A DNA stretch of 64,000 nucleotides from Phyllobates terribilis. Lineage: Eukaryota. Below are positions 38,235 to 50,645 of this stretch, in pieces. The stretch lies in assembly GCF_046119375.1 (NCBI RefSeq), contig NW_027362764.1:102486001-102550000 (forward strand), written 5' to 3'. Under the pieces are notes generated by a model, which had not been told where the DNA came from, searched no databases, and saw only the letters and a program-made list of their open reading frames with translations. A program made the translations under genes and the position numbers. The first letter of the stretch is position 1. The number at the start of each line of letters is the position of its first letter.

Positions 38235-39378
38235 CAGCGGGTGAAATAAGTATTTCACCCGCTGTATATATACAGTTTTCTAAGTAAATATATTTCTGAA
38301 GGTGCTATTGACATGAAATTCTCACCAGATGACAATAACAACCCATCCAATCCACACAGGCAAAGAAATCAAACCATAGATGTCCATAAATTAAGTCATG
38401 TGTAATAATGAGAAATGACACAGGGAATAAGTATTGAACATGCTTATTGAAATGTATTTAATACTTCATACAAAAGCCTTTATTGGTGATGACAGCTTCA
38501 AGACGCCTCCTGTATGAAGAAACTAGTAGCATGCATTGCTCAGGTGTGATTTTGGCCCATTCTTCCACACAAACACTCTACAACTCCTGAAGGTTCCATT
38601 GGCGTCTTCTATGAACTCTGAGCTTTGGTTCCTTCCATACATTTTCTATTGGATTCTGGTCAGGTGATTGGCTCGGCCATTCTAGCAGCTTTATTTTCTT
38701 TCTCTGAAACCTATTGAGAGTTTCCTTGGCAGTGTGTTTGGGTTCATTGTCTTGCTGAAATGTCCAACCCCATTTCATCTTCATCATCCTGGTAGATGCC
38801 AGCAGATTTTCATCAAGAATGTCTCAGCACATTTGTCCATTCATCCTTCCTTTTAAATATATGAAGCTTGCCAGAGCCGTAAGCTGAACAACCCCAGATG
38901 ATGTTCTCACCTCCAGTTTTCACTGTTGGTAAGGTGTTTTCGGGATGATGTGCAGTGCCTCTTGGCCTTCAAATATGTTGGGTATTATGGCATTCAAAGA
39001 GTTCAATTTTCATCTCATCTGACAAAACTACATTCTCCCAGTCTTTCACAGGCTTGTCTAAATTTTGTTGAGCAAACTTTAAATATGCTTGAACATACTT
39101 TTTGTTCAGCAATGAAGTCTTGCGTGGTGACATGCATACAGGCCATGGATGTTGAGTGCATTACTTATTGTTTTATTTGAAACAATTGTACCTGCTGATT
39201 CCAGGTCTTTCTGTATCTCCCCACAGGTGTTCCTTGGCTCTTGGACAACCCTTTTGATTCGTTTTACTCCTCTGTCTGAAATCTTGTGGGGTGCACGTGG
39301 TCATGGCCAGTTCATAGTAAAATGATGATCTTTCCACTTCGGGATTATGGCCCCAACAGTGCTCACTGGAACCTTCAA
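38235..39378 (-). mobile_element. Tc1 remnant (3' TIR plus C-terminal transposase)
   Basis: TA|CAGCGGGTGAAATAAGTATT; [25 protein letters not shown]. Confidence 0.85.
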
Positions 39379-39379
39379 T

Positions 39380-39447
39380 ATGGATTTGAACCCAGGACAC
39401 CAGCGCTGCAAGGCTGCAGTACTAACCACTGAGCCACCATGATGCCA
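39380..39447 (-). mobile_element. V-SINE tRNA-like head fragment
   Basis: Minus GGCATCATGGTGGCTCAGTGGTTAGT...GGGTTCAAATCC; matches the head of 25764-25941. Confidence 0.75.
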
Positions 39448-39689
39448 GTTTACCTCCCAATCAACACAGATCCAGAGGGATTTTCCAGGAATTAAAGAGC
39501 TGCCCCACTGCCCTGGGAGGGTGGAGTTGTGTCTGTATCCACAGGACACAGATATAGCTAAATATATATATATTGATTGAGTGATGGAGCAAGGAGCCAA
39601 CAGGTCTTTCCTTCCCCATTTACTCTTTGTAAAGCTTTGCCAGGACCTTAGTATCAGATGACAGTCACATGACTAGACAGCAGAAAAGA

Positions 39690-40020
39690 ACAGGACTAAC
39701 AGTGGAGAAGAGCAGGATGTAGCAGAGTTGTGTGTGTAGATGTAGGTGAGCCGTGTGTGTGGATGTAGCCGAGCTATGTGTGTGTGTATATGTTGCTGAT
39801 CTGTGTGTGTGTAGATGTACTTGAGTAGTGTTTGTGTGTAGACATAGCTGAGCTGTATGTGGATGTAGGTAAGCTGTGAGTGTAGCTGTAGCTGAGCAGT
39901 GTGTGTATGTAGATGTTTCTGTGCTGTGTGTGTGTGTGTAGATGTAGTTGAGCAGTGCGTGTGTGTAGATGTAGCTAAACTGTTTGTAGATGTAGCTGCA
40001 CTGTGTGTTAATGTAGCAGA
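39690..40020. repeat. (TG)n/GTAGATGTAG low-complexity minisatellite
   Basis: Repeated TGTGTGTGTAGATGTAG-like units. Confidence 0.8.
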
Positions 40021-41329
40021 CCAGTGTGGGGAGTCAAAATACTTTGTAGGTTGGGCTTGTGGGGGCATAAGACTGTGTGGTGGGAAATCCAATATAGGGA
40101 CATTACACTGTGTGTGGAAGGCACTGTGGGGAGGGGGGCATGAAATAGGTGCTATACTGTGTGGGAACACCAATGGTCTTCACTAGGGGAATATTGCTGT
40201 GTGGTCTGTGAGGATGTATAGGAAGCACTGGCTGAGGTTAGAATACTGTCTTAAGATATAAATTCTGTCAGCGCACTAGAGGCACTGCAGTTTTTGTCCC
40301 TCTTTCTTATCATTCAAAGTTGGGAAATATGAGAACTTATTAATTAGTAAGTGAGACAAAATCATTCCCCCCAATACATCTGTTAAACTACAGATAAAAT
40401 GGACTTTAAAATACAAAAAAGGGGACGTGATAATATAATCTCTGAGCGCTGCAGCAGTTTTAGATTATGCAGTGACTGATTACATATGATTTTCTGCTCT
40501 AGCGGCAATTAATTGAAGGAGCGGGAGAAATAACAGGGATAACATTTCTATTCAAATGAGGCCAATTTTGAAGAATAAGATATCTGCCATCTGTTAATAT
40601 CAGATGAAACGGCGTCATTTTTGCTGGTGGGTAGGCTCGGTGATGCAATGTTATTGCTGCACTGATCAAATATGACCATTTTGGCAATGGAACGACACTT
40701 CAGAAGCGCACATCACAGCAGCTGATTCAGCTTTTAGAGCTCAGCTAAATTATATGAGAACAGTAACAGCCATTGTTAAAAAAGGCTGTTTGGAAAACAG
40801 TTTGTGACATTTCTATACGTCTTTTTAAATAAAGGTATAAAATAACCATTACTTCTGTGTTATCCTGTGTTTTTACCACACACTGCCACATATATTGTAT
40901 ATTCTTGCCAAATACATTTGTAATCTGGTATAACAAAAATTCAAGCTTAAGGGCTTTAAAGGATGCTGCAAAATTTTATATTTGCAACATACACGATCTG
41001 TCATGAATTTCTTCCAAATTTGCAGCTGTTTCACCCATTGCAATAATGCATAATCTGCATCATGAATAATCTTCTGCAGCAGATTTCATGCATCTGTTGT
41101 ATATGGATATGGAGAAATTCCAATGTAAACCTTGGATCTAAGGGGTAGTGTTTCTCCTTGTGGAGAGTGGCATGCCAGGTCTGGAACACCAGTATGAGGA
41201 GACTTAAATGCCTTCCATGCTCCTCTGGGAAATTAAATGTGCAAATTGTCTCTTCAGAGAGAAAGAGGACTTGAACTCTAGTGCCACGTATTGGAAGTAG
41301 CAATCCTACAAGTCATTATCGACCCTTTA

Positions 41330-41717
41330 AACGAGTTATCCACTTCTTTCACATTGATGCCCTATGTATGATCGGCCGAGGTCCCGCACGCGGCACCCAC
41401 GCTGATCAGCTTTTATCGGTGCTGCCGGCAGCGGCCGCCGGCCGGAAGTCCTTCCCTGCGGTGCTTGCCTGTCAAGTTGTAAGTGGCCGCCGCTTTTTAC
41501 TGCACATCCGCCTCCTATTCAATTGAATGGGAGGCGGATGTGCAGTACCCCGCACCGGCCACTACAACTTGACGGCCAAGCACCGCAGGGAAAGACTTCC
41601 GGCTGGCGGCCGCTGCCGGCAGCACGGATAACAGCCGCTTGCCGGACCCTGGCCGATCATATATTGATGCCCTATCCCACAGATAGGGCATCAATGTGAA
41701 AGTAGTGGACAACCCCT
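41330..41717. mobile_element. T2/Kolobok-type MITE (near whole-element palindrome), TTAA TSD
   Basis: TTAA|ACGAGTTATCCACTTCTTTCACATTGATG ... CATCAATGTGAAAGTAGTGGACAACCCCT|TTAA. Confidence 0.85.
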
Positions 41718-41750
41718 TTAACGAGCCTTGAAATATGACTTAAGATAAAA

Positions 41751-41832
41751 GCCAAATCAGAATCTCAATTTGTAGACAAGGTGTTTTGGGGTATTGCCCC
41801 TCATCAGTGCAAAGTATGAGATCTGATTTGGC
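41751..41832 (-). ncRNA. Type I hammerhead ribozyme (G12 appears mutated)
   Basis: Minus: TTTGCA-CTGATGA-GGGG CAATA CCCC-AAAA-CACCTT-GTC-TACAAA, closed by extended stem GCCAAATCAGATCTCA / TGAGATTCTGATTTGGC. Confidence 0.75.
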
Positions 41833-42264
41833 TGGGTGAGAGGGTAAGACTTGGATCTAAGGGGTAAAGTTTCTCCTAGTGGAGAATGACATGCCTGGTC
41901 TGTCATGCCAGTATAAGGAGACTTAAACACCTTGCATGCCTCTGTGGGAAATTAAATATGCAAATTGTGTAAACCTTAAAATTTAGAAGCAATTGCAGGT
42001 GGAGACTTTCACATGTCCAACAATCACGGTCTAAGTATGGACCACAATGTCCAGACCGTCTGTGGGTCTCCTACCCTGAAATCAACAGCCTCATAAAACA
42101 TATGAAACCACCCTTACATGCCATTGGAGGCATCTGGAGGTACAGTAGGGGGCTTATGCATCTATATCATAGCATATCTTATACATATATTATCTATAGG
42201 TCTCCATCAGATTTAATATCAATATTCCATTCTTTCGATGTCACACACGTAAAAGGAACCTGAG

Positions 42265-42527
42265 CATGCTCGCCGAGCTTTTTCAGCGTGCTCGGGTGTT
42301 ATGTTTTAGTCACTCCGTGCTCATGATTTGAGACTGTTTGACAGGTTTAATACATGTGAGGTATGCCTAAGAAACAGGCATTCCTCACATGTATTAAAGC
42401 TGTCAAACAGTCGTAAATCATGCACACAGCTTGACTAAAACATAACACCCGAGCACGTTGAAGATACTCGGGAAACACCCGACCATGCTCATAAATCTTG
42501 AGTAACGAGCATGCACGCTCATCACTA
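42265..42527. mobile_element. Short hAT MITE, left TIR deleted
   Basis: Ends CGCTCATCACTA|AACCTGAC; left flank has AACCTGA then GCATGCTCG. Confidence 0.55.
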
Positions 42528-42926
42528 AACCTGACAGTTGATAAATGCTGCCCTATCCAGAGACAGCATGTATCAGACACTGGCTACATGATTTAGCCGT
42601 GTATGTTTGATTCTGAAACGCTGCGGATGATAATCTTACACAATTTAATAGTTATACAGAATTAATGAGTCATAAATTAAAAAAATAATAGGAAAAACAA
42701 CCAATGGGTAAATACTTTGCTTTATTGTTTTTGTATCAATTTGAGGTTGTCTTTTTCTCCATTTATTTTTAGAATTGTTTTCATAATTAGTTGGTTGCCA
42801 TTAGCAGTCTGCCCTACCCAACTATAAAACAAGTTGTCCGATACCACATTAATGCTCAATTTTTTGGGGGATTCACTCAAATTGCAATGTTACACAGTTC
42901 CTGATCTGAGGCATTATACTGCTCAA

Positions 42927-43180
42927 CAGTGTCGGACTGGGGTGCCAAGGGCCCACCAATAACCAACTCCAGGGCCCCACTTTTCAACTACATGCAAATG
43001 TGACATTATCCTTAATCACAAATTTATATTACAATGAACTGGGTAGATTGTTAAATGAATAAGATGCTGCCTTTGTCTGTACATCGTGATTCAAGTATAC
43101 AGTGCCAAGTACTGCTCATATAAGAGGGTGGTGGCCCACCGGAGGATTCCCCTGTTTTCCTATGGGCCAGTCCAAGCCTG
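42927..43180. mobile_element. hAT MITE, 254 bp
   Basis: CAGTGTCGGACTGG ... CCAGTCCAAGCCTG; flanks CTGCTCAA / ATGCTCAA (7/8 TSD). Confidence 0.75.
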
Positions 43181-43780
43181 ATGCTCAATACCATTTTACA
43201 TAGATCCACCCACTGTAAAATGACCTAATGAGTAAGTAATTTACTGGGTTCCTAAACCCCCTCTGGGCCCCAATGCAGATGGACACTACATTGTAGGACT
43301 CAGAGATTTCGGCTCCATTTGAGTCCATTCTTCCTAGATTTTGGTGAATGCCCATAAGGAAGCAGCTAAAATAGAGCAGAAAGTGCTCAGTATTAAGCTG
43401 AAATCAAATGGCCATGAACCACGGTACAAATACAGACCGTGATTTTCAGACTAACTGGTATGAACGGAGCAGCTTCATAGGCTAAAGAGCGGATAGTTTA
43501 CATCTCATCTCAGAAACCTCTTGCGTTTGATGGAACAGAGTGAGAGAATTACTGACCCTAGAATGCTTCATAATGCTAAAGCCTCATTCACAAGGTCAGT
43601 CAGGTTTTTTTTCATGTATAGAACACATATCCATTATAGTCTATGGGAATGTTTCCACGTTACCGGTCACAGTGTTGGACACATCTGTTCATGCAATGGT
43701 TTCCTTGTTTTTGTTGGAATGTACACACTGTAGATAAACAGTAAAGAAACACATGTGAAACAAACCAGAAAATGGGTTAA

Positions 43781-44214
43781 TGGGGTTATCTGGGAGTTTG
43801 CTTATTTTTCACTACGGGGTTAAAAAATTACAGGCAGGTAGTTTTTAATTACCTGTCTATTCTGCCCGGCGCCAATCTCTGCCATCTCAGAGTGGTCACG
43901 GACCACCCCTGCCAGCGATTCTGTGGCATCAGTTGACCTCACATCAACACAGCAGCTCTTCTGACCTGTTGACGGGGCGTCACTGATGATGTCATGTTGA
44001 TTGACAGCCGGTTCCTTGCAGTTAGGCGATCAATCAGCAAGACATCGGCAGAAACGCCACATTGACAGAGCAGAGCGGAAAAGAAGAAGCTGCTCTGTTG
44101 ACGTGATGTCACCGGAAGCCACAGAATTGCCACCAGGAACTGTCCATTAGCAACTAAATGCCTGTAAGTTTTTAGACCCATAGGTAAAAATAATCAAAGT
44201 CCTGGAAAACTCCT
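43781..44214. mobile_element. T2/Kolobok-type MITE
   Basis: TTAA|TGGGGTTATCTGGGA ... TCCTGGAAAACTCCT|TTAA. Confidence 0.65.
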
Positions 44215-45820
44215 TTAAACCTTAGATTCCTCAAAGTAATCCCCTTTTAGTCTAATGACAGCTTTACACCCCCTTGACATTTTCTCATGCAGTTTCAGCA
44301 GGTTGTCACCTGGAATGGCTTTCCAACAGTTTTGAAAGGGTTCCCATAGGTGCTGAGTAGGGATGGGCAGACCGATGGAAGTTCGTTTCTGGTACATAAC
44401 TTTTGAAAAAGTTTGGTTCGGGTACCAGAGCAGTACCGGAACTTCCATCAGAACCAGAACCCCATTGAAAATAATGGAGACTCGAACTCATGAGAAACTT
44501 AAAAAAATTCTCTCTCTCTCCCTTCGTACAAACAAGAAAAATTGATTCTATAGTAATAGCAAAAAATGGACAGAAAATTGGATAAAATCAGAATATAAAA
44601 TCACTGGTGAAAATTGATCATTGTTTCTCTTATGCAGAACAAAAAGGAATGTCTCAATGAGTCCTAATAAATGCAAACATTTTACTAACTGGAAAATCGT
44701 GCATAGACGATTCAATTTAAAGGTTTTTGTTTATTTTTCCAAGGCGGACATTTATGATCTTCTACAGGATGATAATATATAGTATGTCTGATCCCCGGGA
44801 AGGGAGGTGTCTTCACTGTAATCCGACGCTGACCGTTACAAAGGGGGTCCCGTTCTAGTATTCTCACATCTCAGACTAAAATGAAAATGGGACAAATAAC
44901 AATAGATGAAACTATCAGCATCAGATTACAAGATTAAAGAAATGTAAGTGATAACAGCTCATAAGTATTCTTCTCTGGGCTAAAAGTGAAGAGACAGGAA
45001 GTCTTTGGTACAGTACATGAAGTCCTAGCAGCATGTCGAGACGCCTGACAAATATGAGGTTACAACATACTGAGGGCCATGAATAACGTACATTTTTAGG
45101 AGCCATTAACTCTCTGCTATTGATAAAATGCTGCTCCAATGCGTTTTTCTTCCCCTTGGGCTTTCTAATTGCAAAGTCGGCAATTCCTGCAGTTTTGCAA
45201 ACAGATCTGTTAAAAAAAATAAAATAAAGAGAAAATAGGAAGAACTGTCAGAACAAAGCTCAAGTATTTCAAGTTGTGTCAATGGCCGTAACTCCAAATA
45301 TAAACATCTACTGCCACCTAGTGAGCGACCGCAGAATACGTCTAATCAGTAGATCGAAAACTGGCATCGAAATTATAATATTTATCCATAATTCTACACT
45401 ATATGCCAGACATATCCCAGCCTATAATACCGCTTCCGATGGAAAGTCAGATTCTGCTAACATCCTAGGCAGCAGAGGTAAAGAATGGGATCAAAGAAGC
45501 TTGTGGGTGCTATTACTATTAATAATAATTATCTAGCAGTATATAGCACCACCATATTCATTGATTTCAGGGGGGAAATGTACAAATAATATCAGACATT
45601 AAAGAGCAATACATTACTTTACAATTCAAAGAAGAGGAGTGAGGGCCCTGCTCACAAGAGCTTGTGAGGAAATAGGTAAAAAGTGCTTGTATTTGTAAGG
45701 TCTAGCCATCACTATAATAAATAAGGTTATATATACAAAGCTTTATAATCCAGCCAGTATCTATATATGTCCAGATATGACATGATACTGAGTGCATTGA
45801 GTGTGGATGAAACTGTTTAA

Positions 45821-46271
45821 CCTCTTTACCCCCGAGGGTGGTTTGCATGTTAATGACCGGGCCAATTTTTACAATTCTGACCACTGTCACTTTATGAGGT
45901 AATTACTCTGGAACGCTTCAACGGATCCCCCTGATTCTGAGATTGTTTTGTCGTGACATATTGAACTTTATGACAGTGATGACATTTCTTCAATATCATT
46001 TGTGAAAAAAACGGAAATTTGGGGAAAATTTTGAAAATTTTGCAATTTTCAAACTTTGAATTCTTGTGTCCTTAAGTCAGAGAGATAAGTCACACAAAAT
46101 GGTTAATAAATAATATTTCCCACATGTCTACTTTACATCAGCACAATTTTTTAAACAAGCTTTTTTTTGTTATGAAGTTATAAGGGTTAACAGTTGCTCA
46201 GCAATTTCTTATTTTTCCAACAAAATTTACAAAACCATTTTTTTTAGGGACCATCACATTTGAAGTGACTT
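45821..46271 (-). mobile_element. piggyBac 3'-end fragment, family of 1-3476
   Basis: TTAA|CCTCTTTACC...; reverse complement of ~3010-3450. Confidence 0.85.
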
Positions 46272-46277
46272 GGTCTA

Positions 46278-46818
46278 CAGGTGCATCTCACAAAATTAGA
46301 ATATCATCAAAAAGTTAATTTATCTCAGTTCTTCAATACAAAAAGTGAAACTCATATATTATATAGAGTCATTACAAACAGAGTGATCTATTTCTGTTAA
46401 TGTTAATGATTATGGCTTACAGCCAATGAAAACACAAAAGTCATTATCTCAGTAAATTAGAATACTTTATAACAACAGCTTGAAAATGTTGGCCTACGGA
46501 AATGTATGTTCAGTAAATGCCCTCAATACTTGGTCGGAGCTCCTTTTACATCAATTACTACATCAAGGTGGCAATGTGGCATGGAGGCGATCAGCCTGTG
46601 GCACTGCTGAGGTGTTATGGAAGCCCAGGTTGCTTTGATAGCAGCCTTCAGCTCGTCTGCATTGTTGGGTCTGGTGTCTCTCATCTTCCTCTTGACAATA
46701 CCCCATAGATTCTCTATGGGGTTAAGGTCAGGCGAGTTTGCTGGCCAATCAATCACAGTGATACGGTTGTTTTTAAACCAGGTATTGGTACTTTTGACAG
46801 TGTGGACAGGGGCCAAGT
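46278..46818 (-). mobile_element. Tc1 3' fragment, family of 22186-25018
   Basis: TA|CAGGTGCATCTCACAAAATTAG; LAPVHT..WPANSPDLNPIENLW..GAPTKY on minus. Confidence 0.9.
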
Positions 46819-48389
46819 CAGGGCCGGGGGTGCGGTTACAGTCTCCGCTCTGTATACTCAGTGATGACTGAACAAGCGCTGCCCCCATTACTGATACCCA
46901 ATGCTGGCGGGGAGAATAAAGTTAATTTTCTCCCTGCTGCATTCGGCTGCATGCAGGCACCGGACAGCAAAATGCTATTACCCTGCAGCTTAACCGCATA
47001 TCTGCAGGTTAACAGCATTATTTCTGCTGACAGCTTCCCTTTAACTTCTCACATTTCCAGCACTGTCCCTATCTATTCCCAAACTACAAAAACGCCTCAT
47101 CCTGACTGCTCTTGCAGTGTGAACAGTGACCCCAATAATTAAAAAATTGTGTCATTACTATGATTACCCTCTTCCCCCAAAAAATGCTACAGAGACTTTG
47201 TGTCAGATAGACGGTGCCTCTAAAAATTATAGTGTCCCATGCAAAGAATTAATGCTCCCACTATCCAACCTAGAAAGTAGTAATGCCCCCTGTATACTCC
47301 TATAAAAGTTATAACATCCCAAGTGCCCCATCAAGCAAAGTTGTGTTCCCTTAAAGTAATAATGCCCCCCAAAAAAGTAATGATGCTTCCCTGAGAGCCC
47401 CAATTAAAAAGTAACAATGCCCCTATTTAAAACAAATGTCCTGAGTGCCCCCAAAGCTCTCTATATACTGTTTTATGGCCTCCAGCTACTTATACACTAT
47501 ATGATGGCCCCCACAACCCCTTATACTCTGTATGATGGCCCCTATAGCCCCATATATACTGTATTATGGTCCTCACTAGTGTTGAGCGAGCACTAAAATG
47601 CTCGGGTGCTCGAAGCTCGGGCCGAGCTCACCGTGTTACTCGGGTGCTCGACCCGAGCAACAAGCCCAATGTTAGTCTATGGGAGACCCGAGCATTTTTG
47701 CAGCGGCACCCCCGGCAGTCTGTAGAAAGCCTAAAAAGTGCCCAAAACGATAGTGACAGTGCTCAAATGACATGGGGACAGCATGGGGATGTCCCCAGGA
47801 AGCATTTCTGACCCCAAGGTCACTGCTGTCAACAACATGGTCAGAGGTATTAAGCCAATTTTACGGGCTCACAATGAAATGTTCAAAAACGAAACTGAAA
47901 GTGCTTTCCTGTGAAATATGTTAAGGAACATCCTTTCCAGGGTAAAGACTTGTGTATAAGGTAAAATAAATAACCAAAAATACTCCTCCACACCTTGGGC
48001 TATGTTCACAAGTAGCATTTTTTATGCATTTTTGCACTTTTGTATTGCTTTCAACCGTGACAAATGCATTCACCGGGAAATGTCATTTTAACATTTTACA
48101 ACCTTATCTGGCCATGTGCTGTGTGACACATGCATACAGTGCTGAAAAGCCATGGGAACAGCATCGGGAAGACCCCTGGAAGCATCTCTGACACCTAGGT
48201 CACTGCCTAAAAGTGTGCCCATCAGAAGTGATCCTTGCCGCATCAGAAGATGCAGACTTGCAACTATCCCCGTGCAAGTCCTTGTCCCAGGGCAGTGTTC
48301 AATTGTACCTCCCCCATTCCTTGCAATGCAAGCGCAAGTATGCAACCTGCCATCCACCCACCCCCAGGCAGCAATACCATACTGCTTGC

Positions 48390-48830
48390 TTGCTTGCACT
48401 TGAAATTGGACCTTTTAGGCATGTGGAGGCGGAGTCTGGCCACCACATCATGGCTGCGTCGGCTGCCTGGTATCCATACTCAGTCCCCAGGCGGCAAGGG
48501 GGGCCACGCTTGGTCCCCAGCCGCCAGGGGGCGGCCGGGTGCCCACACACGGTCCCCAGCCGCCTGGGGGCGGCCGGGTGTCCATAAACTGTCCCCAGCC
48601 ACCCCTATTTGTCCATGTGCGCCTTATACACAAGCGCGCATACCAAAACATTACCTGTGCCCTCCCCAGTGCATTTAGTGGGAAGGACAGCCTAACCACA
48701 AACACATGGACAAGTGAATGTGGCCAGGGATGGTCGATCTCACTAACCCCTTCACACTCGGTTAATATTGTGGAAGCCGGGACACAGTTGGACACTGGGA
48801 TGCAACACGTCCTCCAGACATAGAGCATTG
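48390..48830 (+). pseudogene. Decayed hAT transposase fragment antisense to the main transposase
   Basis: PFRHVEAES..YSVP..QNITCALPSAFSGKDSLTTNTWTSECGQG..VNIVEAGTQLDTG versus PFRLVETES..YSVPSRHY..QNICRAL..LTTDTWTSACGQG..EAGTQSDLG. Confidence 0.8.
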
Positions 48831-49554
48831 CGGGTCCTGGGTCAATCAGGCTTCAACACAAAGTTCAGAAGGTAGACAGCAGCAGTGGTCGGCCTCCTAC
48901 ACAACGAGTAAATTATTCATGATCATGAGGCCATCCATCTCCTTAGCTTTCTGTTCCATGGAATGGAAGCGCATGTATGTAGTAGCGGCTAGGCCTGAGG
49001 TGGTCAGTGTTTTGGTGCATATCCTACCCACTGCGAGGATTGCTGGATGTTTTCCTGCTACTATCCCAGTTCTATGACTCCCGTTAAAACAAAGCTTCAG
49101 GTGATGAATGATGGATGAGGTGGTGGCAAAGGAGAAAGAGCAGGAGGAACAGGGACCATTCACATCAATATCAGGCCAGTCAACCACACATGTCTTGTAG
49201 GATATGTTTCTGTACCAAAAGGAGCGGTTCGGCTACACAGTTATAGGGCATACAGTGAGTGCAATGCCTACCAAAAATTTCGAGGCACTCCAATGCCCCT
49301 TGGAAGTGACATGGAGGTCAGAGGGCCTTAACTAAACCTTTTTTTTCCATTTATAGCAACTGGGTCTCCTGTACACTGTTGGCCTAAGCTGTGAATGGAA
49401 GGCTTTCCAAAAATTATGAGGAACTGCAATGCCCCTTGAAACAGACGTGGATTAAAGCGTTCTAAAAACCTTCTACCCATTATTGGGGAGTGGGTCTCCC
49501 TTAGTGTTCGCCTATGCATTGAAAAGCAAAAGCTGACTAAAATTAGGAGAAAAT

Positions 49555-50495
49555 GCAATGCTCATTGGAAGAATCGTGGAAGTTAGAGGTAATTAAAAAC
49601 AACATTTCAATGCCCCTTGGAAGAGCTGTGGAGGTCACAGTAGCTTAACAAGACGGTTTTAATGCCCATTGGAAGAGACATGGAGGTCCCAGTGGAATAA
49701 AAAAACAATATCCATGCCCCTTGGAAGAGTGGTGGAGGTTACAGAGGAATAAGAAGACAATATCAATGCCCCTTGGAAGAGTGGTGGAGGTCGCAGTGGA
49801 ATAAAAAGACAATATCAATGCCCCTTGGAAGAGATGTGGAGGTCACAGTAGCTTAACAAGACTGTTTTAATGCCCCTTGGAAGAGACGTGGGGGTCACAG
49901 TAGCTTAACAAGACAGTTTTAATGCCCCTTGGAAGAGACGTGGAGTTCAGAGTGGTTTAACAAGACGCTTTTAATGCCCCTTGGAAGAGACGTGGAGGTC
50001 ACAGTAGCTTAACAAGACGGTTTTAATGCCCCTTGGAAGAGACGGGGAGATCGCAGTGGAATAAAAAGACAATATCAATGCCCCTTGGAAGAGACGTGAA
50101 GGTCACAGTAGCTTAACAAGACGGTTTTAATGCCCCTAGGAAGAGACGTGGAGGTCACAGTAGCTTAACACCATTTTAATGCCCCTTGGAAGAGACGTGG
50201 AGGTCACAGTGGCTTAATAAGACGGTTTTAATGCCCCTTGGAAGAGACGTGGAGTTCAGAGTGATTTAACAAGACGGTTTTAATGCCGCTTGGAAGGGTG
50301 GTGGAGGTCCCAGTGGAATAAAAAGACAATATCAATGCCCCTTGGAAGAGTGGTGGAGGTTACAGTGGTATAAAAAGACAATATCAATGCCCCTTGGAAG
50401 TGTGGTGGAGGTTACAGTGGCTTAACAAGACTGTTTTAATGCCCCTTGGAAGAGACGTGGAGTTCAGAGTGGTTTAACAAGACGACTTTAATGCC
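49555..50495. repeat. 52-bp tandem array (~18 units, two variant types) in the hAT 3' region
   Basis: AATGCCCCTTGGAAGAG..GGAGGTC.CAGT + AGCTTAACAAGACGGTTTT or GGAATAAAAAGACAATATC; spacing 52 (49765/49817, 49921/49973). Confidence 0.92.
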
Positions 50496-50645
50496 CCTTA
50501 CAAGAGCCATGCAGTACAGCATATTAAAAACATTATTCCCATTATTGGGGACTGGGTCTCCCATAGTCTTTGCCTATGCCTTCCAAGCAAAAGCTGCCAA
50601 AAATTAGGATGGAGGAACTTGCAATACTGGCAACATGGACCACGG

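Larger units (their letters stand above)
41131..41968 (-). mobile_element. Retrozyme/Penelope-like partial tandem (~327-bp monomer) split by a MITE
   Basis: Direct repeat 41131-41249 / 41850-41968, spacing 719 bp minus 392 bp (MITE plus TSD) = 327 bp; hammerhead motif inside. Confidence 0.6.

Noticed and set aside
39673-40186. 166-aa and 95-aa ORFs
   Set aside because: Products of (TG/CA)-rich low-complexity sequence (His/Thr or Val/Cys runs).
49555-50495. CRISPR array
   Set aside because: The 'spacers' are two recurring variants rather than unique sequences; eukaryotic context and no cas genes.
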